From positions 18,220 to 82,219 of the forward strand of contig JAEYPO010000038.1 of NCBI GenBank assembly GCA_023410595.1: a stretch of 64,000 nucleotides of DNA. The letters run 5' to 3'. The stretch is from Bacillota bacterium (lineage in GTDB: Bacteria; Bacillota; Clostridia; Christensenellales; SZUA-584). Below, piece by piece: positions 7,999 through 16,635 of the stretch. The translations under genes were made by a program, and so were the position numbers. The notes under the pieces were generated by a model. It was given only the letters and a program-made list of their open reading frames with translations, had not been told where the DNA came from and searched no databases. Positions within the stretch are counted from its first letter, which is position 1. Every line of letters starts with the position of its first letter.

Positions 7999-9143
7999 AC
8001 TTTGATTTTACCACCGCTTCGAGGATAGTATTCGGCAGGGGGACGGCAGATAAGCTGCCGAAGCTTTGCGCCGGCATCGGGAAGCGATTCCTTATTGTTT
8101 CGGGAAAAAGCCAGATAGCGTCGGGCGTTACGGACGCTCTCACTAAGGGGCTTCGCGGCGAAGGACTGGAGTATAAGGTGTTTGAAAGCATCCCCGGAGA
8201 GCCGACGGTGCCCTCCGTGGACGAAGCCGTAAAGGCGGGAGTGGAAGCTGACGCCGACGCCGTTATCGGCATAGGCGGAGGCAGCGCGATGGACACCGCG
8301 AAGACGGCGGCCGGCATAATAACTAACGGAGGAAGCGTGCGCGACTACCTTGAAGGCGTAGGCACGGGCGCGAAGGTAAAAAACAACCCTCTGCCTTTTA
8401 TCGCCGTGCCCACTACATCGGGCACAGGCACGGAAGTTACAAAGAACGCGGTAGTAATGTCGCGGGAGGAAAAGTTCAAGAAGAGCTTCCGGGACGACAG
8501 GCTGCTGGCAAGGATAGCGCTTGTTGACCCTGAGCTTACTGTGTCCGTTCCTAAAAGCGTTACCGCTGCGTCCGGTATGGACGCCATATGCCAGCTTATA
8601 GAGAGCCATACCGCGAAGCAGGCAAACCCTTTCTGTGGCGCTATGTCGCTTTATCATACCCCAAGGGCAATGAGAGCGTTAAAGCGTGCGTATGACGACG
8701 GACAGGACATCGACGCGCGCGAAACGATGGCGCTTGCGTCGCTTACTAGCGGCATATGCCTTGCAAACGCGGGCCTGGGCGCGGCGCACGGCATAGGGGC
8801 GGGCCTCGGCGCAGTGCTGGGAACGACGCACGGCGTAGCCTGCGGTATGATGCTGCCGCACGTCATGCGCTATAATATCGGCCGCGGCGTAAGCTATTCA
8901 GATATTTCAGAGGCTTATTTTTCGCGGACGTTCGCGGATAAGGCTCATGCCTCGCTGATGCTCGCGGACGCCGTGGACGAGCTGTGCGAGTACCTTGGCC
9001 TGCCGCACAGATTGGGCGAGCTGGGCGTAACGCCCGAAATTGCTGATGAGCTCGCGCAGGCGTCCATGGGTTCTTCTATGAGCAAAAACCCTGTCGATGT
9101 GCCGCTTGAAGCGTGCAGAGATTTCATACTGTCCCTCATATAA
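7995..9143 (+). CDS. Iron-containing (group III) alcohol dehydrogenase
   Basis: GIGGGSAMDTAK, PFIAVPTTSGTGTEVT, and His-rich ..AHGIGAGLG...HG.ACG segments. The ATG at 7995 overlaps the upstream stop (ATGA). Confidence 0.85.
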   Translation: MNFDFTTASRIVFGRGTADKLPKLCAGIGKRFLIVSGKSQIASGVTDALTKGLRGEGLEYKVFESIPGEPTVPSVDEAVKAGVEADADAVIGIGGGSAMDTAKTAAGIITNGGSVRDYLEGVGTGAKVKNNPLPFIAVPTTSGTGTEVTKNAVVMSREEKFKKSFRDDRLLARIALVDPELTVSVPKSVTAASGMDAICQLIESHTAKQANPFCGAMSLYHTPRAMRALKRAYDDGQDIDARETMALASLTSGICLANAGLGAAHGIGAGLGAVLGTTHGVACGMMLPHVMRYNIGRGVSYSDISEAYFSRTFADKAHASLMLADAVDELCEYLGLPHRLGELGVTPEIADELAQASMGSSMSKNPVDVPLEACRDFILSLI

Positions 9144-9203
9144 ACACAGTATCGCAGCATATCCTTTATCAGAGCTATATGCATTTTCCCTGGAGGGCAG
9201 TAT

Positions 9204-9695
9204 ATGGATATACTGACGGTACACAGACTGAAACGCACGGACAGGCTTGAGACGCTGAGCGCGTATTACCACATACCCGTTTGCATGATAATGCGTGCAA
9301 ACTCTTTTACACACCCGCAGGATTTTCTGCTGTGCAAAGAGATAGTAATACCCCAAAAAAGCTACTGCAATAATTGCGGCATGGAGCAGCCTCCTTGGGA
9401 AATTGACATGTATACTGTCGAGCCGGAGGATACTCTTTACGGTATCGCCAGGAAGTACGGGCTTACGATGAACATAATACTGCGGACGAATAATATAAAA
9501 GACCCCATAGCGATTCGTCCGGGGTATGTGCTCAGGATACCGTTGTTGTACGGGCAGCTTTACTGCGTGAGGACGGGGGACACGCTGGCGGATATCGCAA
9601 AGCGGTTCGGGGTCTCTGACGCCGTGATAAGGCAAAAGAACTGCCTCGCTTATAATGAGGTTATCCGCCCCGGCATGCAGCTGCTAATAGTATAA
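9204..9695 (+). CDS. LysM-repeat protein
   Basis: Two clear LysM units (YTVEPEDTLYGIARKYGLTMNIILRTNNI...IRPGYVLRIP; YCVRTGDTLADIAKRFGVSDAVIRQKN...IRPGMQLLI) plus a degenerate N-terminal one. Confidence 0.75.
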   Translation: MDILTVHRLKRTDRLETLSAYYHIPVCMIMRANSFTHPQDFLLCKEIVIPQKSYCNNCGMEQPPWEIDMYTVEPEDTLYGIARKYGLTMNIILRTNNIKDPIAIRPGYVLRIPLLYGQLYCVRTGDTLADIAKRFGVSDAVIRQKNCLAYNEVIRPGMQLLIV

Positions 9696-9775
9696 TGAAG
9701 ACCAATAAGTCATCAATAATTGTGCTATGCTTTTTTCTATATGCTGTGATACAATAATACAAAGGAGGGTATTTT

Positions 9776-10387
9776 ATGGATGTTTTTGAGATCCTTGCGC
9801 TCTGCGTTTGCCTGGCCGCGGGCGTAGTATTCTGCTTCTTTGGAAACAGGTGGCTCAAAGTTGTGCTTGCCGTTTACGGCTTTATTTTGGGATTCGGGGT
9901 CGCCCATACGCTGCTTTCCAACTTTACAGCTCTTGCGGGCATAGAACTCATACTTTGCAGCGCAGGCGGCGGCATCGTTATGGCGCTGCTGTTTGTATTC
10001 CTGTTTTACCTCGGCCTATTCCTTATAGGTTTTGGAGGCGGCGTGCTTTTAAGCCTCCTCATAGTGGACGTGCTCGGCCTTAATGTGTGGGATTGGTATG
10101 TTTATATAGCCATACTCGTCATAGGCTGCATACTCGGCGCGCTTACATTAAACATGCGGCGCATATTCGTTTCGATATTCACCTCGTTTATAGGCGCTTC
10201 GCTGCTCGCACTGGGCATATATCGCATTGCTACGGCAGATTCCGCGCCGATACTTACCATACTGCGGGACCAGCAGGCGCTGCACAGCGCGTATACCTCA
10301 ACCGTTTATCTTATACCGATGGCCGCGCTGTTCTTTATCGGCCTTATTATACAGCTTATGGTTACGAGCAAAAACCATCGTAACTGA
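9776..10387 (+). CDS. Multi-pass membrane protein (DUF4203/TMEM198-like), paralog 1
   Basis: 203 aa, roughly 6-7 hydrophobic helices, FGNRWLK..LAVYGFILGF start motif shared with the next ORF. Confidence 0.5.
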   Translation: MDVFEILALCVCLAAGVVFCFFGNRWLKVVLAVYGFILGFGVAHTLLSNFTALAGIELILCSAGGGIVMALLFVFLFYLGLFLIGFGGGVLLSLLIVDVLGLNVWDWYVYIAILVIGCILGALTLNMRRIFVSIFTSFIGASLLALGIYRIATADSAPILTILRDQQALHSAYTSTVYLIPMAALFFIGLIIQLMVTSKNHRN

Positions 10388-10408
10388 ATACTGAGTGGGG
10401 TGAAATGA

Positions 10409-11140
10409 ATGTCTTTTGTATTGCTAATCTGCGGCGCTGTTTTAATCATATTGGGTCTTATATGCTGCTTTTTCGGGTATAGATTTGCACGGCTGCTTTT
10501 CCCGTTCTGCGGACTGATAGTAATAGAAGGGCTGCTGTACATATACGTATACGGGCTGTTTAGCCTGGACGCGCTGGGCACATGGCTCTTCTTTGGAGGA
10601 AGCAGCGTTGCGGTATATATTCTGCTGTTCTTTATTAGGAGGATAGCGGGGTTCTTTACGGGGCTAGTCGGCAGCGCGCTGTTCCTTTGGTTCGCAGTAA
10701 ACGCGTTTGGCCTGCAGAATCTCCAGCTTTTATATCCCGCCTGCATGGCCATATGCCTTGTCTCAGGCGCGCTTACAGTCACGTATCAGCGCTCGGCCGT
10801 CGTTGTGTTCACCTCGCTGTTCGGTGCGTGCGCTGCGGTTTTCGCCGGGCTTTATCTTTACATACAGGGCTTAGGCCTGGGGTTCATAGAGGCCAGCGGA
10901 GGCTTGTTTGCTGCGCTCCAGAGGTTCCTTTCAATCAACGCGCTGCTTATAACAGGAGTTTCCGTGGGCTTTGCCATAGCGGGCATACTCGTTCAGTTTG
11001 CGGCGACAGCCACCAAAACGGTGCTGCCGGGCAGCGTGGATGAAAGCGGCGTCCGCCGCAGAAGGCAGCCCGTCGTCATTCGCAGTTCGTCGGGCGGGGA
11101 CGGATTTTCGGAGGATAGTACGGCTGACGGACAATATTGA
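10409..11140 (+). CDS. Multi-pass membrane protein (DUF4203/TMEM198-like), paralog 2 with charged C-terminal tail
   Basis: 243 aa; FFGYRFARLLFPFCGLIV mirrors paralog 1; the tail is RRRRQPVVIRSSSGGDGFSEDS. Confidence 0.5.
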   Translation: MSFVLLICGAVLIILGLICCFFGYRFARLLFPFCGLIVIEGLLYIYVYGLFSLDALGTWLFFGGSSVAVYILLFFIRRIAGFFTGLVGSALFLWFAVNAFGLQNLQLLYPACMAICLVSGALTVTYQRSAVVVFTSLFGACAAVFAGLYLYIQGLGLGFIEASGGLFAALQRFLSINALLITGVSVGFAIAGILVQFAATATKTVLPGSVDESGVRRRRQPVVIRSSSGGDGFSEDSTADGQY

Positions 11141-11143
11141 TAC

Positions 11144-11180
11144 CACGATCTCCGGCAAGCCGTGAGACTTTATAAGGCAG
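11144..11180 (+). repeat. Short GNRA-hairpin intergenic repeat (single unit, degenerate)
   Basis: CACGATCTCCGGCAAGCCGTGAGACTTTATAAGGCAG: AAGCC-GTGA-GACTT with one C.A mismatch. Confidence 0.65.
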
Positions 11181-11190
11181 TAATAAAAAT

Positions 11191-11438
11191 AAGGAGGCTA
11201 TGGCCTCCTTCAGCTTGCTGACAAGTTCCTATCTAAAAAATGAGTAAAAATCCAAGCTAAAACCCGAATATTATCATGCCCTTCATCTGGACTCTGCCAG
11301 TGAAGGGCGAACGTTGATTCATAAAATCCTCGTAGAAGCGCCCAGCCGACCGTACCGGAGGTACAGGCTGGGCAAGACCGATGACAAACGTGTAATTAGA
11401 CGGTTTGGCATCGGCTTGAAGGAGGCTGTGGCCTCCTT
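11191..11438 (-). repeat. 248-bp hairpin-bracketed intergenic element, copy 1 (inverted relative to copy 2)
   Basis: The 208-nt core is near-identical to the reverse complement of 44518..44730. It is bracketed by AAGGAGGCtatgGCCTCCTT (11191..11210) and AAGGAGGCtgtgGCCTCCTT (11419..11438). Confidence 0.85.
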
Positions 11439-12632
11439 TTATGTTCTGTAATTTGCGTTTATATTTACATACTCGGTTGAGAGGTCGCACGTCCACATCG
11501 TTTCGCAGGCGTCGCCGTCGTTAAGCTCAAGCGTATATATCACCTCGGCCTTTTTCAGGGTTTCGAGCGCTTCCTGTTCGTCGAACATGAGCCCGCCACC
11601 CTTGCGGCACACCTGCACGCTGCCTATGAATATATCCACCTTCTCAGGGTCGAACGCTGCTCCCGAATAGCCCGCCGCGGTAAGCAGCCTGCCCCAGTTA
11701 GCGTCGTTGCCGTATGCGGCGGTCTTGCACAGCGGCGATTTCGCTATCGCGCACGCTATAAGGCGCGCGTCTTCGGCGGTTTTTGCGCCGTTTACCTGTA
11801 TAGTTAAGAGCTTCGTCGCACCCTCGCCGTCTGCCGCCAGCATCTTTGAAAGGCGAACGCAAACGCGGGTAAGCGCGTTGAGGAATAAGCTATAGTCTTC
11901 CGTTCCTTCCGATATCTCGCCGTTGCGCGCGAGCCCCGACGCCATCAGCAGCAGCTTGTCGCATACGCTGGTGTCGCCGTCGACGGATATCCTGTTGAAA
12001 GATCTGTCCGCCGCCGCCTTGAGCACCGCCTTGAGCGCTTTTGGGTTTATACACGCGTCCGTTGTTATTACCGATATCATCGTAGCCATATCCGGATGTA
12101 TCATGCCCGAGCCTTTAGCCATGCCTCCTATGTGCACCTCGCTGCCGCCTATGGCTACGCTTTCTTCCGCCTGCTTGACTATAGTGTCCGTAGTCATTAT
12201 CGCCTGCGCCGCGTCCTGCCCGCCGCCGCGCGAAAGCACCGCGCTTTTTATGCCCGCTTCTATTTTATCCATGGGCATAGGCATACCTATGACGCCTGTG
12301 GAAGCGGTCAGCACGTCCTCCGGCATACAGCCAAGCTTTTCAGCCGCAAGCTTTGCCATTAAAAGCGCGTCTCTCTCGCCGCACTCCGCAAGGCAGGCGT
12401 TGGCGTTGCCTGAATTGATTATAACTGCCTGAGCTCTGCCGTTCGCGACGTTTTTTTGCGCGAGCCTTAATGAATGGCCCTTCACTATGTTTTTCGTAAA
12501 TATGCCCGCCGCGTTTGCCGCGACGTCGCACTTTATCAGCGCGAGGTCTTTGCCACCGTTTTTCTTTATACCGCAGGCTAAACCGGTCGCGGTAAACCCC
12601 AAAGCGTATGTCACTCCGCTGCAATATTCCAT
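11439..12632 (-). CDS. argJ: Bifunctional glutamate N-acetyltransferase / amino-acid acetyltransferase
   Basis: 397 aa; GF.A.G..CGIKK.G.KDLALI, MTTDT, ATMISVITTDA autoprocessing site and LSTEYVNINANYRT C-terminus are classic ArgJ. Confidence 0.92.
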   Translation of the reverse strand: MEYCSGVTYALGFTATGLACGIKKNGGKDLALIKCDVAANAAGIFTKNIVKGHSLRLAQKNVANGRAQAVIINSGNANACLAECGERDALLMAKLAAEKLGCMPEDVLTASTGVIGMPMPMDKIEAGIKSAVLSRGGGQDAAQAIMTTDTIVKQAEESVAIGGSEVHIGGMAKGSGMIHPDMATMISVITTDACINPKALKAVLKAAADRSFNRISVDGDTSVCDKLLLMASGLARNGEISEGTEDYSLFLNALTRVCVRLSKMLAADGEGATKLLTIQVNGAKTAEDARLIACAIAKSPLCKTAAYGNDANWGRLLTAAGYSGAAFDPEKVDIFIGSVQVCRKGGGLMFDEQEALETLKKAEVIYTLELNDGDACETMWTCDLSTEYVNINANYRT

Positions 12633-12712
12633 ATCAAATACCTCTGAAACGAATCAATGATCATTATAACATATCAGCCGGTTAAAAGGGTAAAACTCTT
12701 ACTGATATAATA

Positions 12713-13405
12713 TCATTCCTCATGCAGTATGCGCTCAAGGCTCTCTAAGTCTGATATAGTGAAACTTTCTTTATGAAACTTGAGTATGCCCTGCCTTGCT
12801 ATGTCTGAGAGCTCTCTTGAAAGAGCGCTTCTGTTCACGCAAAGATAGTCCGCAAGCCCCTGCCTGTCAAGGCCTATCGAAAATGAGCCGCTGCCTTTGA
12901 GCGTCGCCTGCCCCAAAAGATAAGAAGCGAGTTTTTGCTTTGTGGTACGTTTTGCGATATGATCCATCTTTTCGCTCAGCGTAAGGTTTTTTCGCGCTAT
13001 TATGCCCAGCATGTTTTCAATAAGCGCGTTGTGATAGCTGCAGCACGAGGAACATGTTTTGATTATACTGTTAAAAGGCAGCAGCAGCACTTCCGAATCG
13101 GCGCTTGCCTCCACTGTTACCGGACTTGTCGTGATCCCCGCGCACAGAAATGACTCGGCGAACATGTCGGCAGGCTCTATAGGCGCTATTACAGAGCGGT
13201 TGCCCAGTATGTCGTCCTTATAAATAAACGCCTGACCGGACAGCATGACGCCTATATGCCGCGTGTCTTCGCCCGCCGAAACGATATGATCGCCTTTTTT
13301 GTAACGGCGGACCGACGCCTTAAGGCAGTCAAGCATGCCGCCGATCTCTCCGGGATCAAGCCCGGCAAATAGAGCCGTTTTTGTTAATATAGAATGAGGA
13401 TTCAT
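12713..13405 (-). CDS. Crp/Fnr family transcriptional regulator
   Basis: cNMP-binding-like N-domain (LFAGLDPGEIGGMLDCL...YKKGDHIVSAGE) and C-terminal HTH (RQGLADYLCVNRSALSRELSDIARQGIL). Start set at the ATG (MNPHS); the track start is a TTG. Confidence 0.8.
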   Translation of the reverse strand: MNPHSILTKTALFAGLDPGEIGGMLDCLKASVRRYKKGDHIVSAGEDTRHIGVMLSGQAFIYKDDILGNRSVIAPIEPADMFAESFLCAGITTSPVTVEASADSEVLLLPFNSIIKTCSSCCSYHNALIENMLGIIARKNLTLSEKMDHIAKRTTKQKLASYLLGQATLKGSGSFSIGLDRQGLADYLCVNRSALSRELSDIARQGILKFHKESFTISDLESLERILHEE

Positions 13406-13422
13406 AAAAACTTTCACTTTAT

Positions 13423-13436
13423 GTTGCAAATGCAAC
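13423..13436. promoter_or_regulatory. 14-bp inverted repeat GTTGCAaaTGCAAC in divergent promoter region (candidate Crp/Fnr-type operator)
   Basis: Arms of 6 bp are perfectly complementary. It lies between the divergently transcribed Crp/Fnr gene and the Fe-S protein gene. Confidence 0.3.
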
Positions 13437-13493
13437 AGATTTCATACGGGCATTATATTACAATCGAACCAGAAAAACAAGGAGGTCATACTA

Positions 13494-14213
13494 ATGAAAA
13501 GAAATATTATCACTATAGACGAAGAAAAATGCAACGGCTGCGGGCTGTGCGTTTCGGCGTGCCACGAGGGAGCGCTCAAAATAGTCAGCGGCAAAGCAAA
13601 GCTGATATCCGATTCGTACTGCGACGGTCTCGGCAACTGCCTGCCCGAATGCCCGACGGGGGCGATAACGATTGAAGAGCGCGAAGCGGCCGCGTTCGAC
13701 GAAGAGGCGGTAAAGCGAAATATCACTGGAGGGGATAAGGAAAACGCAGAGCAGCCAAAAACGCTGGCCTGCGGATGCCCGTCCGCGCACGCACAGGTAT
13801 TTCAAAGGAAGCCGAAAGCCGAGCCCGCCGCTGAACAGGCGGATAACGTTTCCGAGCTCAGACAATGGCCGTGTCAGATAAAGCTCGTCCCGGTAAAAGC
13901 GCCGTATTTTGATGGTGCAAAGCTACTTATCGCCGCGGACTGCACCGCTTACGCTTACGCGAATGTGCACAGCAAGTTCATGAAGGGCAGGATAACGCTG
14001 ATAGGATGCCCCAAGCTCGATATGGTTGACTATACGGAGAAGCTGACGGAGATAATAAAGAACAACGACATAAAAAGCTTGGAGGTGCTGCGCATGAGCG
14101 TGCCCTGCTGCGGGGGCATAGAGAACGCCGTTAAGCAGGCGCTGATAGGCAGTCATAAGATGATACCCTGGAGTGTCACCGTCATCTCCACCGACGGCGA
14201 GATACTTGAATAA
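13494..14213 (+). CDS. 4Fe-4S dicluster domain protein with Cys-containing C-terminal domain
   Basis: CNGCGLCVSAC and C..LGNCLPECP ferredoxin motifs at the N-terminus. Further CG/CC motifs (LIGCPKLD, SVPCCGG). Strong AAGGAGG RBS. Confidence 0.7.
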   Translation: MKRNIITIDEEKCNGCGLCVSACHEGALKIVSGKAKLISDSYCDGLGNCLPECPTGAITIEEREAAAFDEEAVKRNITGGDKENAEQPKTLACGCPSAHAQVFQRKPKAEPAAEQADNVSELRQWPCQIKLVPVKAPYFDGAKLLIAADCTAYAYANVHSKFMKGRITLIGCPKLDMVDYTEKLTEIIKNNDIKSLEVLRMSVPCCGGIENAVKQALIGSHKMIPWSVTVISTDGEILE

Positions 14214-14413
14214 TGTAAAGCAGACACGTAAGATTTAAGAAGAGGCCTTAACAGAGAATACTGTTAAGGCCTGCATGGTTATTAGAAAAACTATGAAAAG
14301 AGTTTTGCGACGGCGCTAAAGACATCAAAAGCCAGAATTTAGCTTCAAACGGTGATTGATATTTATGCGGTTTAGTATATAATCATTTCATATTACGAAC
14401 ATCAGGAGAAAGA

Positions 14414-15304
14414 ATGCTTGATTTTAGGCCGCTTGAGCTAAAAGACAAAGACCTGTTTGAAGCGTATGCTATCTGCTACGGATATCACAACATCGAAGCG
14501 TCGTTCGCAAACAAGTACATTTGGGGCGGTGCGATGAAAACTAAGATATCGGCCGATGAGCATACGATGTATATACTGCTGCGCTATGCCGGACAGGATT
14601 TTATGCTCCCGCCTTTCTTAAAAGACTGCGAGTATAACTTCTCAAGGCCGCTTAAGGAAACCGAAGAGTATATGATGGATGTATTCGGAACGTTTCTGAT
14701 AAAAGGGGTAACCGACGAGCAAAAAGCGCAGATAGAAAAGGACTGCCCCGGAAAGTACTCTTTTCTGCCCGACAGGGTAAACTTCGAATACGTATATCTG
14801 GCGGAAGACTTAATTTCGCTCAAAGGCAAAAAGCTGCACGCGAAGAGAAATCATATAAACAAGCTCCTTAAAGACCATACTTATGAATACAAAAAATATA
14901 CCGATAATGATTACGAAGCGTGCATAGCGCTGCAGCAGCAATGGATATATGGCAAAGACGATTCGCCGGAAGGATATGAGGAGCTTGAAGTCATAAAGCG
15001 GGCGCTGAGCCATTTAGGCGAGCTTAATTTAAAGTGCGGCCTGCTGCTCATAGACGGCTCGCTGCAGGCGTTCTCGATAGGCGAAGAGTTCGGGGATATG
15101 GCAATAATACATATAGAAAAGGCGAATCCCGAAATTCCGGGGGCGTTCGCGCTGATAAACAGGGAATTCGTAAGACACGAATGGAGCGGCTTAAAGTATA
15201 TCAACCGCGAGGAGGACATGGGCTTAGAGGGGCTCAGAAAGGCAAAGCTTTCTTATAACCCGGTTTTTCTTCTGGAAAAGTACGATTGCGTAAGGAACGG
15301 GTGA
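14414..15304 (+). CDS. DUF2156 domain protein (stand-alone homolog of the MprF C-terminal aminoacyl-transferase domain)
   Basis: 296 aa with the F.PLELKDKDLF...Y.....S....YIW start and LHAKRNHINK segment that I associate with DUF2156. Confidence 0.55.
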   Translation: MLDFRPLELKDKDLFEAYAICYGYHNIEASFANKYIWGGAMKTKISADEHTMYILLRYAGQDFMLPPFLKDCEYNFSRPLKETEEYMMDVFGTFLIKGVTDEQKAQIEKDCPGKYSFLPDRVNFEYVYLAEDLISLKGKKLHAKRNHINKLLKDHTYEYKKYTDNDYEACIALQQQWIYGKDDSPEGYEELEVIKRALSHLGELNLKCGLLLIDGSLQAFSIGEEFGDMAIIHIEKANPEIPGAFALINREFVRHEWSGLKYINREEDMGLEGLRKAKLSYNPVFLLEKYDCVRNG

Positions 15305-15305
15305 C

Positions 15306-16331
15306 ATGGATATTCGACTGCTGGAGGAGACTGATATACCGCAGGCTAAGGCGCTTTGGAAAGAGGCGTTCGGCGACACAGACGCGTTCATCGGGTGGTA
15401 TTTCGCAAACAAAGTCAGCCTTGGCAATTCGCTCGGAGCGTTTGACGGCCGGCTCGTTGCAGTCGTCCATATGATACCCTTGAAAGTGTGCGTACAGGGC
15501 GTGCCGGTTATGTCTTCGTATATCGCCGGAGCCGCAACCGCCCGGGACAGAAGGGGAGAGGGGCTGATGCGCACGCTGCTTTACGAGTCGCTTAAGATAA
15601 TGAAGCAGCGCGGCATAATGATGACCCATCTATATCCTTTCAAACACAGCTTTTACGAGAAATTCGGCTGGGCGACTTACTCATACGCGCGCTTTTTAGG
15701 CGCCGAGGAAGCTGCGCCGCGGCAGGGAGCGGAAATAATCGAATCGTGGGACGCAGAGCTGCTCTCAGGGCTTTATCAGAGTATGATGAGCCGATTCGAC
15801 GGATATGTCGTGAGGGAAAAGCGTGAATGGCGCTGGCGGCTTGAAGAGCACGCGGCAGACGGCGGAAAGACTGCGGTGCTAATAAAAGGCAGCAAGCCTG
15901 CCGCATATATGCTTTACAGCAGCGAGCGGGGTAACGCCGACGTAATAGAAACGGTATACTCCGGCGCGGAGGATATAAAGCCTTTGCTATCATACCTGCT
16001 GGAAAACGGGCATAAAAGAGTGAGCTACTTTATTCCCGCGGACGAAGAAACGGGAGCCAGCCCGTACGGCATGGCAAGGATAGTGGACGCGCCATTGCTG
16101 CTCAAAGCTTTCGGCGCGCAGGAATTGCTTGAGTTTGCAAAGATACGCGACGACTTCGCGGAATGGAACAACTTAGGAGACGGGGAAGAGCTTAATATCT
16201 CGGACCTTGCGAAGGCGATACATACGGGAACTCGCCCCGGGTATTACGATGGCGAAAAAAATATGCGGTTATATAATATATTAATGAAACATTTTCTGCA
16301 TCGGAGTACTTGTATTTTTGAACAGTATTAA
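15306..16331 (+). CDS. GNAT acetyltransferase, Eis-like (GNAT plus SCP2-like C-terminal domain)
   Basis: IRLLEETDIPQAKALWKEAF...; acetyl-CoA loop RDRRGEGLMRTLL; LYPF...FYEKFGW; length and layout like Eis-family proteins. The start is 1 nt after the upstream stop. Confidence 0.65.
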   Translation: MDIRLLEETDIPQAKALWKEAFGDTDAFIGWYFANKVSLGNSLGAFDGRLVAVVHMIPLKVCVQGVPVMSSYIAGAATARDRRGEGLMRTLLYESLKIMKQRGIMMTHLYPFKHSFYEKFGWATYSYARFLGAEEAAPRQGAEIIESWDAELLSGLYQSMMSRFDGYVVREKREWRWRLEEHAADGGKTAVLIKGSKPAAYMLYSSERGNADVIETVYSGAEDIKPLLSYLLENGHKRVSYFIPADEETGASPYGMARIVDAPLLLKAFGAQELLEFAKIRDDFAEWNNLGDGEELNISDLAKAIHTGTRPGYYDGEKNMRLYNILMKHFLHRSTCIFEQY

Positions 16332-16341
16332 TTAAAATAGA

Positions 16342-16635
16342 TTGATTATGTGGGGATTATTTGTAGGCGCAGCCATAGGCGGGCTGCAATTGCTGGCAGT
16401 TAACAAGCTTGGAAGGATGATACTCGGGGGCAAAACATACGAGAAGCTCCTGGGAATATTGCTGTTCATTGCGAAAATGGCGGCTATAATTGTTATTTTA
16501 TATTTTATATCCACCGTATCGCTCGCTCACCTTATTTGGACGGCGGGCGGTATGCTGCTCGGGCTGATATCAGGATCTTTTTATATACTGAAACGCCGCA
16601 GGAAAAATTATGGAGATGGTAAAAACGATGCTTAG
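16342..16635 (+). CDS. ATP synthase protein I-like small membrane protein
   Basis: 97 aa, hydrophobic helices, basic tail; first gene of the atp operon; overlaps the atpB start. Confidence 0.5.
   Translation: MIMWGLFVGAAIGGLQLLAVNKLGRMILGGKTYEKLLGILLFIAKMAAIIVILYFISTVSLAHLIWTAGGMLLGLISGSFYILKRRRKNYGDGKNDA

Noticed and set aside
7824-8657. 277-aa minus-strand ORF (and 7913..8317, 8907..9635) overlapping the ApgM-like and alcohol dehydrogenase genes
   Set aside because: It is antisense to ORFs with clear family motifs. Its composition is Arg/Ala/Pro-rich and low-complexity, as typical of the reverse frame of GC-rich genes. No RBS or motif is present.
11257-11496. 79-aa minus ORF and a conserved 9-codon mini-ORF (MKG(I/M)(L/I)IFGF) inside the 208-nt element
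   Set aside because: The long ORF merely extends out of argJ-adjacent sequence through the repeat. The mini-ORF has no RBS, and its conservation is explained by nucleotide identity of the copies.
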